The position numbers and the translations under genes were made by a program. Shown in pieces: positions 53,129 through 62,665 of a stretch of 64,000 bases of DNA. Location of the stretch: positions 3,678 through 67,677 of the forward strand of contig CAIPKZ010000419.1 in assembly GCA_903865775.1 (NCBI GenBank), read 5' to 3'. Source of the DNA: an uncultured Prolixibacteraceae bacterium. GTDB taxonomy: Bacteria; Bacteroidota; Bacteroidia; Bacteroidales; Prolixibacteraceae. Positions within the stretch are counted from its first letter, which is position 1. Each line of letters opens with the position of its first letter. The notes beneath the pieces are model-generated. The model ran no database searches, was not told where the DNA came from, and saw nothing but the letters and a program-made list of their open reading frames with translations.

Positions 53129-53179
53129 CCAAAAGTAGAATTTTTGCTTGAATTACCAGTAACAGACTCTCCTACTCTT

Positions 53180-53992
53180 TTACTTTCCTCCGGAATTTTC
53201 TATACTTCGCTTCAATTCGCGGATTTCTTCGGTCAGTAACTTTAATTGTTGCCCCACCTGATTGTCCGTCAGGGTTGGTTCAGCCACGTCCCGACTGATG
53301 TAATGCACAAATTTCCAGACTTCGCGAATTTCACTTGCTCCCATCTGATAAGTCTTGTATGCAGGATTGAGTGAAATCAGCTCAATATGCCCATGTTCTG
53401 ACAGTTCGTTTTTCAGCTGTTTAAAAACCAGACCTTCGTTCAGGGTGAGTACCACATACAAATCGCCGGTTTTAATTTCGCTCCAGTCCTGAACAAATTC
53501 TCCGGTAATCCAGGCGCCATCGGGAATGGGCAGCATCGAGTCACCACTGATCTGGAAAGTCCTGTATTTTCGCTCGGCCGATAAAAATGGAAGTTGAAAT
53601 ACGGGCAGTTCCGAAATGTACTCCGGATCAGCAAATCCATTGGTATATCCAGCCTTGGCTTTCTCCGAAACCAGTTCAATATTGTCGCGATTCAGCCGGT
53701 CAACCGTGGTGGCCATTACGCGCAGATTACTGCCTTTCAGAAAAACATCCTGTCCGTGTTCAAGTTCGTAAAGTTGACTTTCCCTCAGTTTGACCAGATC
53801 AACCCGCAGCAAAGTATCGATGGCTACATGAAAATAATCCGACAGCAAAACCAGAGACTGAATGCTAGGTCCTGAAATTCCATTCTCGTAATTATTCAGA
53901 GTTGACCGGTTGATATCCAGAGCTATTGCCAGCAGATCCTGTGTAAGTTTCTTTCGGTTTCGCAAAAATTTAATGTTCGAATCGAAATACAT
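53180..53992 (-). CDS. LexA-like repressor (XRE HTH + S24 peptidase)
   Basis: Likely start ATG 53992 (MYFDSNIK). HTH, Ala-Gly cleavage site KAGY, GDSMLP serine and VFKQL lysine. Divergent from dinB. Confidence 0.88.
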   Translation of the reverse strand: MYFDSNIKFLRNRKKLTQDLLAIALDINRSTLNNYENGISGPSIQSLVLLSDYFHVAIDTLLRVDLVKLRESQLYELEHGQDVFLKGSNLRVMATTVDRLNRDNIELVSEKAKAGYTNGFADPEYISELPVFQLPFLSAERKYRTFQISGDSMLPIPDGAWITGEFVQDWSEIKTGDLYVVLTLNEGLVFKQLKNELSEHGHIELISLNPAYKTYQMGASEIREVWKFVHYISRDVAEPTLTDNQVGQQLKLLTEEIRELKRSIENSGGK

Positions 53993-54368
53993 ATTTGGAA
54001 GTTTTAAATAATTGATTAATTTACAATCGTATTTTTTGATTAAAAAACAATCAAAAATACAAAATTGAAATTGATATACAAGAATTGAAGGATTTTTTTT
54101 CTGGTGTGATTTTACCGCGTATGCGGTTGAAGTATTGTAGTTAGGATAATGTGATGATGTCAGGCGCATTTGATCATGAAGATTGAAAAATGGAAGTTGC
54201 ATGCGCCGCATGTAAAAATTAATGAAAAGCGTATTCAGTTTAACCGCTATGCGGTATTGAATATTTCCTCATTCCTAATTTCTACAATACCTAAATCGCT
54301 ACGCGATATTCGATATCAATGGAAAATCCTGATTCAGGAAAAACCGAAATACAGGAACAATAAAAACA

Positions 54369-55604
54369 ATGAACTTTCAAAACAATACCATCGTACATCT
54401 CGATCTCGACACTTTTTTTGTGTCGGTTGAACGGCTCCAAAACTCCGGATTAATCGGAAAACCCGTTATTATTGGCGGACTTTCGGACCGTGGCGTGGTA
54501 GCCAGTTGCAGCTACGAAGCGCGGAAATACGGCGTTCATTCGGCCATGCCCATGCGAATGGCGCTAAACCTGTGCCGCGACGCCACCGTGATTCGTGGAG
54601 ATATGGATTTATACAGCAAGTATTCGCGGCTCGTCACCGATGTGATTGCCGATCGGGCGCCAGTGTACGAAAAAGCCTCAATCGACGAGCATTACATCGA
54701 TATTTCAGGAATGGACCGTTTTTTCGGTTCGTACAAATGGTCACACGAGTTGCGCAACAGAATTATCAGCGAAACCGGGCTGCCCATTTCGTTCGGCTTG
54801 TCGGTGAATAAAACCGTATCAAAAATTGCTACCGGAGAAGCCAAACCGAATGGTGAAAAAGAGGTACCACGCGATCTGGTGCAGCCTTTTCTGAATCCGC
54901 TTTCGATCAGGAAAATCCCGGGAGTCGGCGACAAAACCTATCATTTGCTTCGCTCGATGGGCGTGGTTACCATTCATACGCTGAGTGGCATTCCGCCTGA
55001 AATGATGCAAAATGTGCTCGGAAAATCAGGAATCGATATCTGGCGAAAAGCGAACGGCATAGATTTCACTCCGGTAGTATCCTATTCGGAAGAAAAATCA
55101 ATCAGCGCTGAACGAACATTTGAAACGGATACCATTGACATTCAAATGCTTGAGCGATTACTTATTCACATGGTCGAAAAAATAGCTTTCAAGATGCGAA
55201 AAAAGCAAAAACTGGCCTCGGTGGTGACAGTTAAAATCCGTTACGCCAATTACGACACGCACACACTGCAAAAGAAAATTGCCTACACCTCGTTCGACCA
55301 CACGCTCATGTCCACCACACTCGAACTGTTCCGGCGATTGTACGAACGGCGCATGTTGATCCGGCTCATCGGCGTCAAACTGGGTGGACTGATCGGTGGT
55401 GTACAACAACTCGATCTGTTCGACAACAACGAAAAAATGATCAAACTCTACCTGTCGATGGACAAAATAAGGCTTCGGTATGGTGCCGGGGCTATCCACC
55501 GCGCTTCGGGAGTCGAGAAGAGCGACCAGATAAAGAAAAGCCCCTCTCCCAGCCTCTCCCCGAAAAGGGAGAGGAGTTTGGCTCAGATCAATACTGATTC
55601 GTAA
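54369..55604 (+). CDS. dinB: DNA polymerase IV
   Basis: HLDLDTFFVSVE, SYEARKYG, SIDEHY and GEAKPNG motifs. Confidence 0.95.
   Translation: MNFQNNTIVHLDLDTFFVSVERLQNSGLIGKPVIIGGLSDRGVVASCSYEARKYGVHSAMPMRMALNLCRDATVIRGDMDLYSKYSRLVTDVIADRAPVYEKASIDEHYIDISGMDRFFGSYKWSHELRNRIISETGLPISFGLSVNKTVSKIATGEAKPNGEKEVPRDLVQPFLNPLSIRKIPGVGDKTYHLLRSMGVVTIHTLSGIPPEMMQNVLGKSGIDIWRKANGIDFTPVVSYSEEKSISAERTFETDTIDIQMLERLLIHMVEKIAFKMRKKQKLASVVTVKIRYANYDTHTLQKKIAYTSFDHTLMSTTLELFRRLYERRMLIRLIGVKLGGLIGGVQQLDLFDNNEKMIKLYLSMDKIRLRYGAGAIHRASGVEKSDQIKKSPSPSLSPKRERSLAQINTDS
55543..55574. repeat. REP-like cctctccc repeat/hairpin inside the dinB 3' end
   Basis: cctctccc-ag-cctctccc-cgaaaa-gggagagg. Confidence 0.65.
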
Positions 55605-55605
55605 C

Positions 55606-55788
55606 CCGGAGGGTTAAATGTTAGTCACCCCCAATGAAATTGGGGGAAAAACCAGCACAGCATACCGAACCCCGAAGTGGGTTCAATCTGTAGAACATAG
55701 CTATAATTGAACCCGTTCCGGGTTCTTGGTAATCAAAGTTACTCTTCCCCCAGTTTCACTGGGGGTCATTAACATTTAGCACCTTCGG
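55606..55788. repeat. MITE/REP-like nested inverted-repeat element
   Basis: About 40-bp imperfect terminal IRs, each containing a ccccca...tggggg hairpin, plus an inner pair of gaaccc/gggttc hairpins. Confidence 0.8.
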
Positions 55789-55821
55789 TGCATGTTGAAA
55801 TTACAAATAAAATCTCATGTC

Positions 55822-55880
55822 TTGATACCTGATACTTGCAGCTTTTTTTACTCGTAACCCGTAACCCGAAACCCGCAACT
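55822..55880 (+). repeat. Degenerate 7-bp tandem repeats
   Basis: ttgatac/ctgatac/ttgcagc, then cgtaacc x2, cgaaacc, cgcaact. Confidence 0.7.
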
Positions 55881-55885
55881 CTTTT

Positions 55886-58822
55886 ATGTTTCTAAATACC
55901 CATTCATATTACTCCCTTCGCTACGGCACGCTGAGCATCGATGAACTGCTTGATCTGGCCATTCATAACGGTGTGGAAACGGTTGCGCTGACCGACATCA
56001 ATACCACCATGGGTATTCCGGAACTGGTAAAAAAGGCGCAACAGAAAGGTATTCGGCCTGTTGCCGGGTGCGAGTTCAGGAAAGACGACGAGTTGCTTTA
56101 CATCGGGTTGGCTAAAAACCGTGAAGGACTGAAAGAGCTGAACGACTGGCAAACCGAACACAACCTGGAAAAGAAGCCTTATCCGGCTGATGCGCCTGAA
56201 TTTCAGGAGGTATTTGTGGTTTATCCATTTGGAACTAAGACTGCCAAAAACTTGCGTGGCAATGAGTTTACCGGCATCCGCGCCGAAGACCTCAATAAAC
56301 TGCTGACCTCGGAATACCGCAAACATCTGGAAAAATTAGTTGTCTGGCAACCGGTTACCTTTAAAGACCGCGCCGGATGGTTCCTTCACAAAACCCTGCG
56401 GGCCATCGATCACAATGTGCTGATTAGCAAATTGCGGGAGAATCAGTTTGCCAATCCGCTGGAAACAATGGATTTCAGGAGTTTAAAACAGCAATTTGAA
56501 AGATTCCCGGAAATCATAAAGAATACTGAAAACCTTCTGGAAACTTGCAGCATCAGCTTCGATTTTACGACTTCCAAGAATAAAAAGGTTTTTGGTCAAT
56601 CGGCCTACGACGACAAGCTTTTGCTACGGAAACTGGCACTCGACGGCATGCTTTACCGCTACGGAAAGAACAATCCGGAAGCAAAGAAACGAATCGCGCA
56701 CGAACTTGAAATCATCGATAACATGGGATTTTCGTCGTATTTCCTGATCACCTGGGACATTATCCGCTACAGCATGTCGCGTGGTTTTTACCATGTCGGG
56801 CGCGGAAGCGGTGCCAACAGCATTGTGGCTTATTGCCTCAAAATCACAGATGTTGACCCCATTAAACTAAACCTTTACTTTGAGCGGTTCCTGAACCCAA
56901 AACGCACTTCCCCACCCGATTTCGACATTGATTATTCATGGCGCGACCGCGATCAGGTTCAGGATTATATTTTCAAACGATATGGCCGCCATCACACGGC
57001 TTTGCTGGGCGCCACCTCAACGTTTAAAGATCGTTCGATTTACCGCGAATTGGGCAAGGTTTTCGGACTTCCGAAAGAAGAAATCGATTTGCTGGTGCTC
57101 GATCCTGAAAATGATCAGAACAAGAATCAGATAACCATGCTCATCAACACGATGGTGAAGGAAATCGTTGATTTTCCGAATCTCCGGAGTATTCATGCCG
57201 GCGGAATTCTGATTACGGATGAGCCGATTACCTATTACACCGCGCTGGACATGCCGCCCAAAGGTTTTCCTACCACCCAGTGGGACATGTATATGGCCGA
57301 AGACATGGCTTTCGAGAAGCTGGACATCCTGAGTCAGCGAGGCATCGGGCATATCAAGGAGGCGGTTGATATTATCCGCGAAAACAAAGGTGAAGTTGTG
57401 GATGTGCACCAGGTGGAGCGTTTTTTTCAGGATGAAAAGGTGAAATTTCAATTGCGAACTGCCGAAACCATTGGCTGTTTCTACATCGAAAGTCCTGCCA
57501 TGCGCGGATTACTCACCAAGCTGCATTGCGATAATTACCTCACTTTGGTGGCTGCCAGTTCCATCATACGTCCGGGCGTGGCCAAATCAGGAATGATGAA
57601 ACAGTACATTCAGCGGTTTCACCGGCCTGAAACCATTCAGTATCTGCATCCGGTAATGAAGGAACAACTCGAGGAAACTTATGGTGTGATGGTTTATCAG
57701 GAAGATGTGATCAAGGTGGCACATCATTTTGCCGGACTCGATCTGGCGGAAGCTGACGTGCTGCGCCGCGCCATGAGCGGAAAATTTCGCTCACGGATCG
57801 AGTTTCAGCGCATCGAAGACAAATACTTCAGCAATTGCAAAGAGAAAGGTTATACCGACGAAATTGCCCGTGAAGTGTGGCGTCAAATTGAATCGTTTGC
57901 CGGATATTCGTTTTCGAAGGCACATTCGGCTTCGTATGCCGTCGAGAGTTTCCAGAGTTTATTCCTGAAAGCGCATTTTCCGCTTGAATTCATGGTGGCT
58001 GTAATCAATAATTTTGGAGGATTTTACCGCACCTGGGTTTACTTCAACGAAGCACAACGCTGCGGGGCACACATCGAACTGCCCTGCGTCAACACGAGCC
58101 GGAATGAAACCCGGATCATCGGGAAAAACATCTACATGGGTTTTGTGCACGTGCAAAACCTTGAAAGCAATTTCATTACAGAAATTGTGAATGAGCGGAA
58201 TTGCAGTGGTCCTTTTTTGTCGCTTGCCGATTTTATCCAACGCACACCGGCTACGAAAGAAATGTTGGTTATTCTGATCCGACTGGGCGCATTTCGCTTC
58301 ACCGGAATTCCCAAAGCACAACTGCTCTGGGAAGCACACATGCTGTTGAATAAGACCGTTCCGGTAGCCAGAACCCGTGCGATGTTCGAAACCAAACCCC
58401 GGGAATTTACTTTGCCCAGACTCGATCACTCGTTGCTGGGTGATGCCTGGGACGAAATTGAGTTGCTGGGTTTTCCCATTTCTATGACCACTTTCGAACT
58501 GCTTCAAACCAACTTCCGGGGCGAACTGATGGCTAAAAACATGATGAGTCATTTGGGCCGGAAAGTGCGAATGCTTGGGCGTTTGGTAACGATCAAATAC
58601 GTTCGGACTGTTCGCAAAGAAATTATGCACTTCGGAACATTCATCGATGTGCAGGGCGAATTTTTCGACACAGTGCATTTCCCGCCATCACTCAAATTCT
58701 ACCCATTCCGGGGCGATGGCATGTACCTGATTCTGGGCAAAGTGGTTGAAGAATTTGGTTTCCCAAGCATTGAAGTTGAAAAAATGGCAAAACTGCCGTT
58801 TCAGGCAAATCCGAAAGCATAA
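55886..58822 (+). CDS. dnaE2: Error-prone DNA polymerase III alpha (DnaE2-type)
   Basis: PHP domain, GRGSGANS, PPDFDID, KLDILSQ, FSKAHSASY and OB fold; short (978 aa); SOS context. Confidence 0.9.
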   Translation: MFLNTHSYYSLRYGTLSIDELLDLAIHNGVETVALTDINTTMGIPELVKKAQQKGIRPVAGCEFRKDDELLYIGLAKNREGLKELNDWQTEHNLEKKPYPADAPEFQEVFVVYPFGTKTAKNLRGNEFTGIRAEDLNKLLTSEYRKHLEKLVVWQPVTFKDRAGWFLHKTLRAIDHNVLISKLRENQFANPLETMDFRSLKQQFERFPEIIKNTENLLETCSISFDFTTSKNKKVFGQSAYDDKLLLRKLALDGMLYRYGKNNPEAKKRIAHELEIIDNMGFSSYFLITWDIIRYSMSRGFYHVGRGSGANSIVAYCLKITDVDPIKLNLYFERFLNPKRTSPPDFDIDYSWRDRDQVQDYIFKRYGRHHTALLGATSTFKDRSIYRELGKVFGLPKEEIDLLVLDPENDQNKNQITMLINTMVKEIVDFPNLRSIHAGGILITDEPITYYTALDMPPKGFPTTQWDMYMAEDMAFEKLDILSQRGIGHIKEAVDIIRENKGEVVDVHQVERFFQDEKVKFQLRTAETIGCFYIESPAMRGLLTKLHCDNYLTLVAASSIIRPGVAKSGMMKQYIQRFHRPETIQYLHPVMKEQLEETYGVMVYQEDVIKVAHHFAGLDLAEADVLRRAMSGKFRSRIEFQRIEDKYFSNCKEKGYTDEIAREVWRQIESFAGYSFSKAHSASYAVESFQSLFLKAHFPLEFMVAVINNFGGFYRTWVYFNEAQRCGAHIELPCVNTSRNETRIIGKNIYMGFVHVQNLESNFITEIVNERNCSGPFLSLADFIQRTPATKEMLVILIRLGAFRFTGIPKAQLLWEAHMLLNKTVPVARTRAMFETKPREFTLPRLDHSLLGDAWDEIELLGFPISMTTFELLQTNFRGELMAKNMMSHLGRKVRMLGRLVTIKYVRTVRKEIMHFGTFIDVQGEFFDTVHFPPSLKFYPFRGDGMYLILGKVVEEFGFPSIEVEKMAKLPFQANPKA

Positions 58823-58839
58823 GTTTGGAGAGATTTCAT

Positions 58840-59166
58840 CTAAGGAACAGACTTAAAGATTTGATCCAGTTCAATATCAGATATTGAGTCCTTCTCCGAT
58901 TTATCATATATAGCCGTGAGATAGACAGTAGTCACAGTAACCTTTAAGTATGTAATAACTCTTGCCCCACCCGATTTCCCCTTTCCTTTACTCGAAATAG
59001 CCAGTCTGACTTTATAAAAATTGTTGCCAAGCGCTTTCCCTTGTTCTGGTTCAATAACAAGACTTTGAATAAGTTCAGATAGTTCTATTTTAAAAGAAGG
59101 ATATTTCCTGGCTAATCGTTTAGCTTGCCGATCAAAAAGTGGTATGGATGAAACCTTATAATTCAT
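58840..59166 (-). CDS. RelE/ParE-family toxin
   Basis: YKVRLAISSKGKGKSGGARVITY and IYDKSE motifs. Confidence 0.9.
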   Translation of the reverse strand: MNYKVSSIPLFDRQAKRLARKYPSFKIELSELIQSLVIEPEQGKALGNNFYKVRLAISSKGKGKSGGARVITYLKVTVTTVYLTAIYDKSEKDSISDIELDQIFKSVP

Positions 59167-59389
59167 CTAATAATGCCTGAGCTGGTCGCGCATTAAGTTT
59201 ACCCTGTTCAATTAATTTTAGCTCAATGACAGCTTCTTTAAGTTCTTGCAATATAAATTCCTTAGAAGGTTCAAAAGTCTCCAATGCTTCTAATTCTTTG
59301 TATAATTTTTTGAGTTCTTTCCATTCATTAATGGGGATAAAAACTCCAGCTGCCTTTCCTTTACTGTCTTGTATTACTTGTAGTTTCAT
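59156..59389 (-). CDS. Cognate antitoxin
   Basis: Small gene overlapping the toxin start; GVFIPINEW and ARPAQALLDEL. Confidence 0.8.
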   Translation of the reverse strand: MKLQVIQDSKGKAAGVFIPINEWKELKKLYKELEALETFEPSKEFILQELKEAVIELKLIEQGKLNARPAQALLDEL

Positions 59390-59556
59390 ATCTGAATTAA
59401 TTCTTCAACTATTTCTAACTTTCAAAACAAAGATAAAAAATAAAAATTGGAATAATCCTGGATTTGTTACCGCTATTAATAATCTCCGCTCCCAGTTTTA
59501 TTTCAGAAATACCACTTCGATAGATTCCGAATGTTTGTTGTCCGTTATCGTGTCAA

Positions 59557-60552
59557 TTAAACTTCAATAATCAGTTTACCCAGGTTTTTCCCTTCAAAAA
59601 GTGCAATAAAAGCTTCCGGAAGCTGATCAAAACCACGATAGGTCGTTTGTGTGTACTTCAGTTGGCCACTCACAACCCAATTAACCAATGCTTTAAATCC
59701 TTCAGGAAAACGGGAGGCATAATCGCTCACTATAAAGCCCTGCATCAAAGAACTTCGTTTTAAAAGGGTTGGCTGAATGCGTGGTCCGACCGGCAGACGA
59801 GTGGCATTGTAAAGCGAAATCTGACCACAGATAATTATCCGGGCACCATTGTTGATCTGTGCATTTACTGCATCCGAAATTTCACCACCCACATTATCGA
59901 AATAAACATCCACTCCTGAAGGACATGCTGTGGCAATTGCAGCATCCAGATTTTCAACCGTTTTGTAATTAATAACCGCATCAAAATTTAACTCTTTCAT
60001 CAGGTATTCATTTTTAGCATCGTCGCCGGCAATACCAACAACCCGGCAGCCCTGAATTTTGGCAATTTGGCCAACAACCAATCCGACTGCCCCTGCGGCC
60101 CCGGAAACCACCACTGTTTCACCTTGCTGAGGTTTCCCGATATCGAGTAAGCCAAAATATGCTGTAAGTCCCGGCATTCCCAGAATACCAAGATAATAAC
60201 TCAGAGGAGCTATCTTTTCATCCACCTTCTGCAATCCGGCAGCAGGAACCACCAATTCTTCCTGCCATGAAAGCCGGTCCATCACATAGTCACCAACTTT
60301 GAGATTTGCTGCTTTACTCTCAGCAACACGGGCAACCAGTCCACTCACAATTGGTTCTCCAACCTGAAATGGTGCAATATACGATTTACCATCGCTCATC
60401 CGGCCACGCAAATACGGATCAACTGAAAAGGTATGAGCTGTTAATCTGACTTCACCATCAGCCAACGCTGGAAGTTCGATGAATTTAGTTTCAAAATTAG
60501 CGGCAGTTGGTGTACCGAATGGTCGCGATTTTAATACGATTTGTTTGATCAT
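59557..60552 (-). CDS. NADP-dependent oxidoreductase (MDR, prostaglandin reductase/CurA-like)
   Basis: SVDPYLRGRM, LGMPGLTAYFGL, VSGAAGAVG and YFDNVGG motifs. Confidence 0.93.
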   Translation of the reverse strand: MIKQIVLKSRPFGTPTAANFETKFIELPALADGEVRLTAHTFSVDPYLRGRMSDGKSYIAPFQVGEPIVSGLVARVAESKAANLKVGDYVMDRLSWQEELVVPAAGLQKVDEKIAPLSYYLGILGMPGLTAYFGLLDIGKPQQGETVVVSGAAGAVGLVVGQIAKIQGCRVVGIAGDDAKNEYLMKELNFDAVINYKTVENLDAAIATACPSGVDVYFDNVGGEISDAVNAQINNGARIIICGQISLYNATRLPVGPRIQPTLLKRSSLMQGFIVSDYASRFPEGFKALVNWVVSGQLKYTQTTYRGFDQLPEAFIALFEGKNLGKLIIEV

Positions 60553-60676
60553 TTTTTTTGTATTAGTATTTTCTCTTATGTAACTATATTTCTCGACGCG
60601 ATTTCAATTCCGTCCGAAAGAAGATTAGTTCCTTGAATAACCTATTCGCGCGGACGGTTTCCTTTTGTTCTTTCCT

Positions 60677-60737
60677 ACCCAGGGCGACACTCCTTCGTCG
60701 TTTGCCCTGGGTTACCAATATTACGCCCATACTGGGC
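60677..60737. repeat. REP-like hairpin pair
   Basis: acccagggcga...ttgccctgggt followed by gccca-tac-tgggc. Confidence 0.6.
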
Positions 60738-60842
60738 TAAACCCCAAACCCGTTCTCATTTTTCCAGTTATTCATTTATAGGCTGTACGCCAACATACTG
60801 ACGGACTATTGATTATGAGTGAATTGCTTTTTTTTTATAAAA

Positions 60843-61661
60843 TCAGAATAACTTTCCCTGTAGTTCAGGTGGATTTTGTTTTCGTTTTCCAGTTCCCATT
60901 CCTTCCAGCCGAAGGTCTTTTTTTACTGTAACATCGAATTCAGTCACCTTGTTCTCGTCAATTGGAATAATCAGGTCGCGACTCTTATTCTTCGGATCTT
61001 TTACCTGAATGGATACGGCTTCTGTTTTCAAAAGATCACCCGGAAATGGTTTTAATAAGCTGAGAACTTTTTCGATTGGTAAATCTAAATCGAGCCATCG
61101 TTTTTCGTCCTTTTTATCCAGAATAACCGGTGATCTTGGGTGTCCAATCTGCTGAGTTGCTTCATTGGCAACTGTTGTAATAACCGAAAAAGTATTCGAG
61201 ATTTCACCCGTTTTGTCGTTGACCCAGGTATCCCAGATTCCGGCGAAAGAAAACACCTCTTCATCATTTCTCCGGATCAGGTATGGTTTACTCAGCTTTT
61301 CCTTTGCTGGTCCTTCATAAAACGCATTGGCAATCACCAAACATCGCTGTGAGCGGATAGCTGTCCGGAAAGCTGGCTTCCTTGCAATTCCATTCTCACC
61401 GGAATAATTAATGTCATTTTCCTGATTCAAATCCCCTTCGGCCCTCGCATTGATCAGGTACATCGGTTTTTTTGCCCATGATGGAGTCAGCCCAAACTGA
61501 AAGCTTTGTAATTCATTTGGTTTATCGCCGGTAATCACATAAGCCTGATCACCGGGAGCTACATTATAGTTGGATTCAATGAAGTTAACGGCCGGACGAT
61601 TCACGCCAAACCGCTTCACAAAAACTTCAATGTCAATAATTTGAACAAACCGGCCACACAT
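60843..61661 (-). CDS. SOS response-associated peptidase (SRAP/YedK-like abasic-site protein)
   Basis: N-terminal MCGRF, INARAE, FYE and HPRSPVIL motifs. Confidence 0.93.
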   Translation of the reverse strand: MCGRFVQIIDIEVFVKRFGVNRPAVNFIESNYNVAPGDQAYVITGDKPNELQSFQFGLTPSWAKKPMYLINARAEGDLNQENDINYSGENGIARKPAFRTAIRSQRCLVIANAFYEGPAKEKLSKPYLIRRNDEEVFSFAGIWDTWVNDKTGEISNTFSVITTVANEATQQIGHPRSPVILDKKDEKRWLDLDLPIEKVLSLLKPFPGDLLKTEAVSIQVKDPKNKSRDLIIPIDENKVTEFDVTVKKDLRLEGMGTGKRKQNPPELQGKLF

Positions 61662-61901
61662 AGTTTTCAGGTTAAAAGTTGAACAGCAAAATTTGAAGAA
61701 TTTCCGGGTTCAAACCCCTTTCATTCGTTATAAACGAATATTAACTGACAATTGTTTTATTGGATTATTTTCCGGCGAATTCATTTGCTTTCAAACTTTT
61801 CTATTTATTTTGCAGTAGAAACGTGGAGCAGTATTTTAATCATTTGGCAACTTGCTTCTTATGCCGTAAGAAAGCAGAACTTAAAGCACTTGAATTGATT
61901 T

Positions 61902-62411
61902 ATGGGAAATTTAGCATTGAATATCAGAAGTCTAATTATTCAATTTATTGATTTTTTCTATATTCCCTTCCGGAAGTATATTCCGCTTGAAACATTCAGG
62001 TACGCCGCAACCGGTGGTTTTAACACGGTTTTAGATATTACTCTTTATTTTGTTTGCTACAATTTTGTTCTGGATAAAAACATTGTTGATTTGAAAATTG
62101 TGGCAATTAGTCCTTACATCGCAGCATTTCTGATCGTTTTCCCTATAACTTTTCTGACCGGATTTATTCTGGCCAAATACATCACATTCTCCAATTCCGA
62201 AATTCGCGGTCGCGTTCAATTGATTCGTTACATGCTTTCTGTCACCGGATCGGTAGTACTTAATTATGTCTTCCTGAAGTTTCTGGTCGAATTTGGTGGT
62301 TTATGGCCGACACTTGCCAAACTTATCACGACAGGTATTGTGGTAATTTACAGTTTCTTCGTTCAGAAATTCTTTACCTTCAAAACCTCAAAAATGGCTA
62401 CTGCATCATAA
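61902..62411 (+). CDS. GtrA-family membrane protein
   Basis: Four TMs; FRYAATGGFNTVLD and FITF motifs. Confidence 0.88.
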   Translation: MGNLALNIRSLIIQFIDFFYIPFRKYIPLETFRYAATGGFNTVLDITLYFVCYNFVLDKNIVDLKIVAISPYIAAFLIVFPITFLTGFILAKYITFSNSEIRGRVQLIRYMLSVTGSVVLNYVFLKFLVEFGGLWPTLAKLITTGIVVIYSFFVQKFFTFKTSKMATAS

Positions 62412-62504
62412 AGTTATCAACTGAATTTACTTCATGTTGATAATTTTGCGGCATTTTTCCTTGCCTGCCTGATCCTGAAATTGATTTTGCTGTATCTTAG
62501 CCGA

Positions 62505-62665
62505 CGAATTGGTGATGCCCGTTTGGGTATCAAAAGGGAATCCGGTTAAATTCCGGAGCTGTACCCGCAGCTGTAAACTCTGAATAATTTTTGCACTTCG
62601 TGCCACTGCCCCGAGGACTCGGGGTGGGAAGGCCGCAAAAATGGAGTGAGCCAGAAGACCGACCA
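62505..62665 (+). ncRNA. Cobalamin (B12) riboswitch
   Basis: GGT..., AAGGGAATCCGGTTAAATTCCGGAGCTGTACCCGCAGCTGTAA, GCCACTG...GGGAAGG and GAGCCAGAAGACC; downstream aagcttt...aaagctt hairpin. Confidence 0.95.

Noticed and set aside
53993-54430. Track extensions: LexA-like start at 54211 and the 86-aa ORF at 54170-54430
   Set aside because: They run through the AT-rich, palindrome-rich regulatory region. The domain begins at MYFDSNIK (53992).
55904-58678. Long antisense ORFs (140-239 aa) within dnaE2, and similar ones in secA, gyrA, metY and fabG
   Set aside because: They are opposite-strand shadows of conserved genes with no recognisable motifs.
61748-61755. Single ACAATTGT between SRAP and gtrA
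   Set aside because: It is an isolated 8-mer with no palindromic extension; several are expected by chance in 64 kb.
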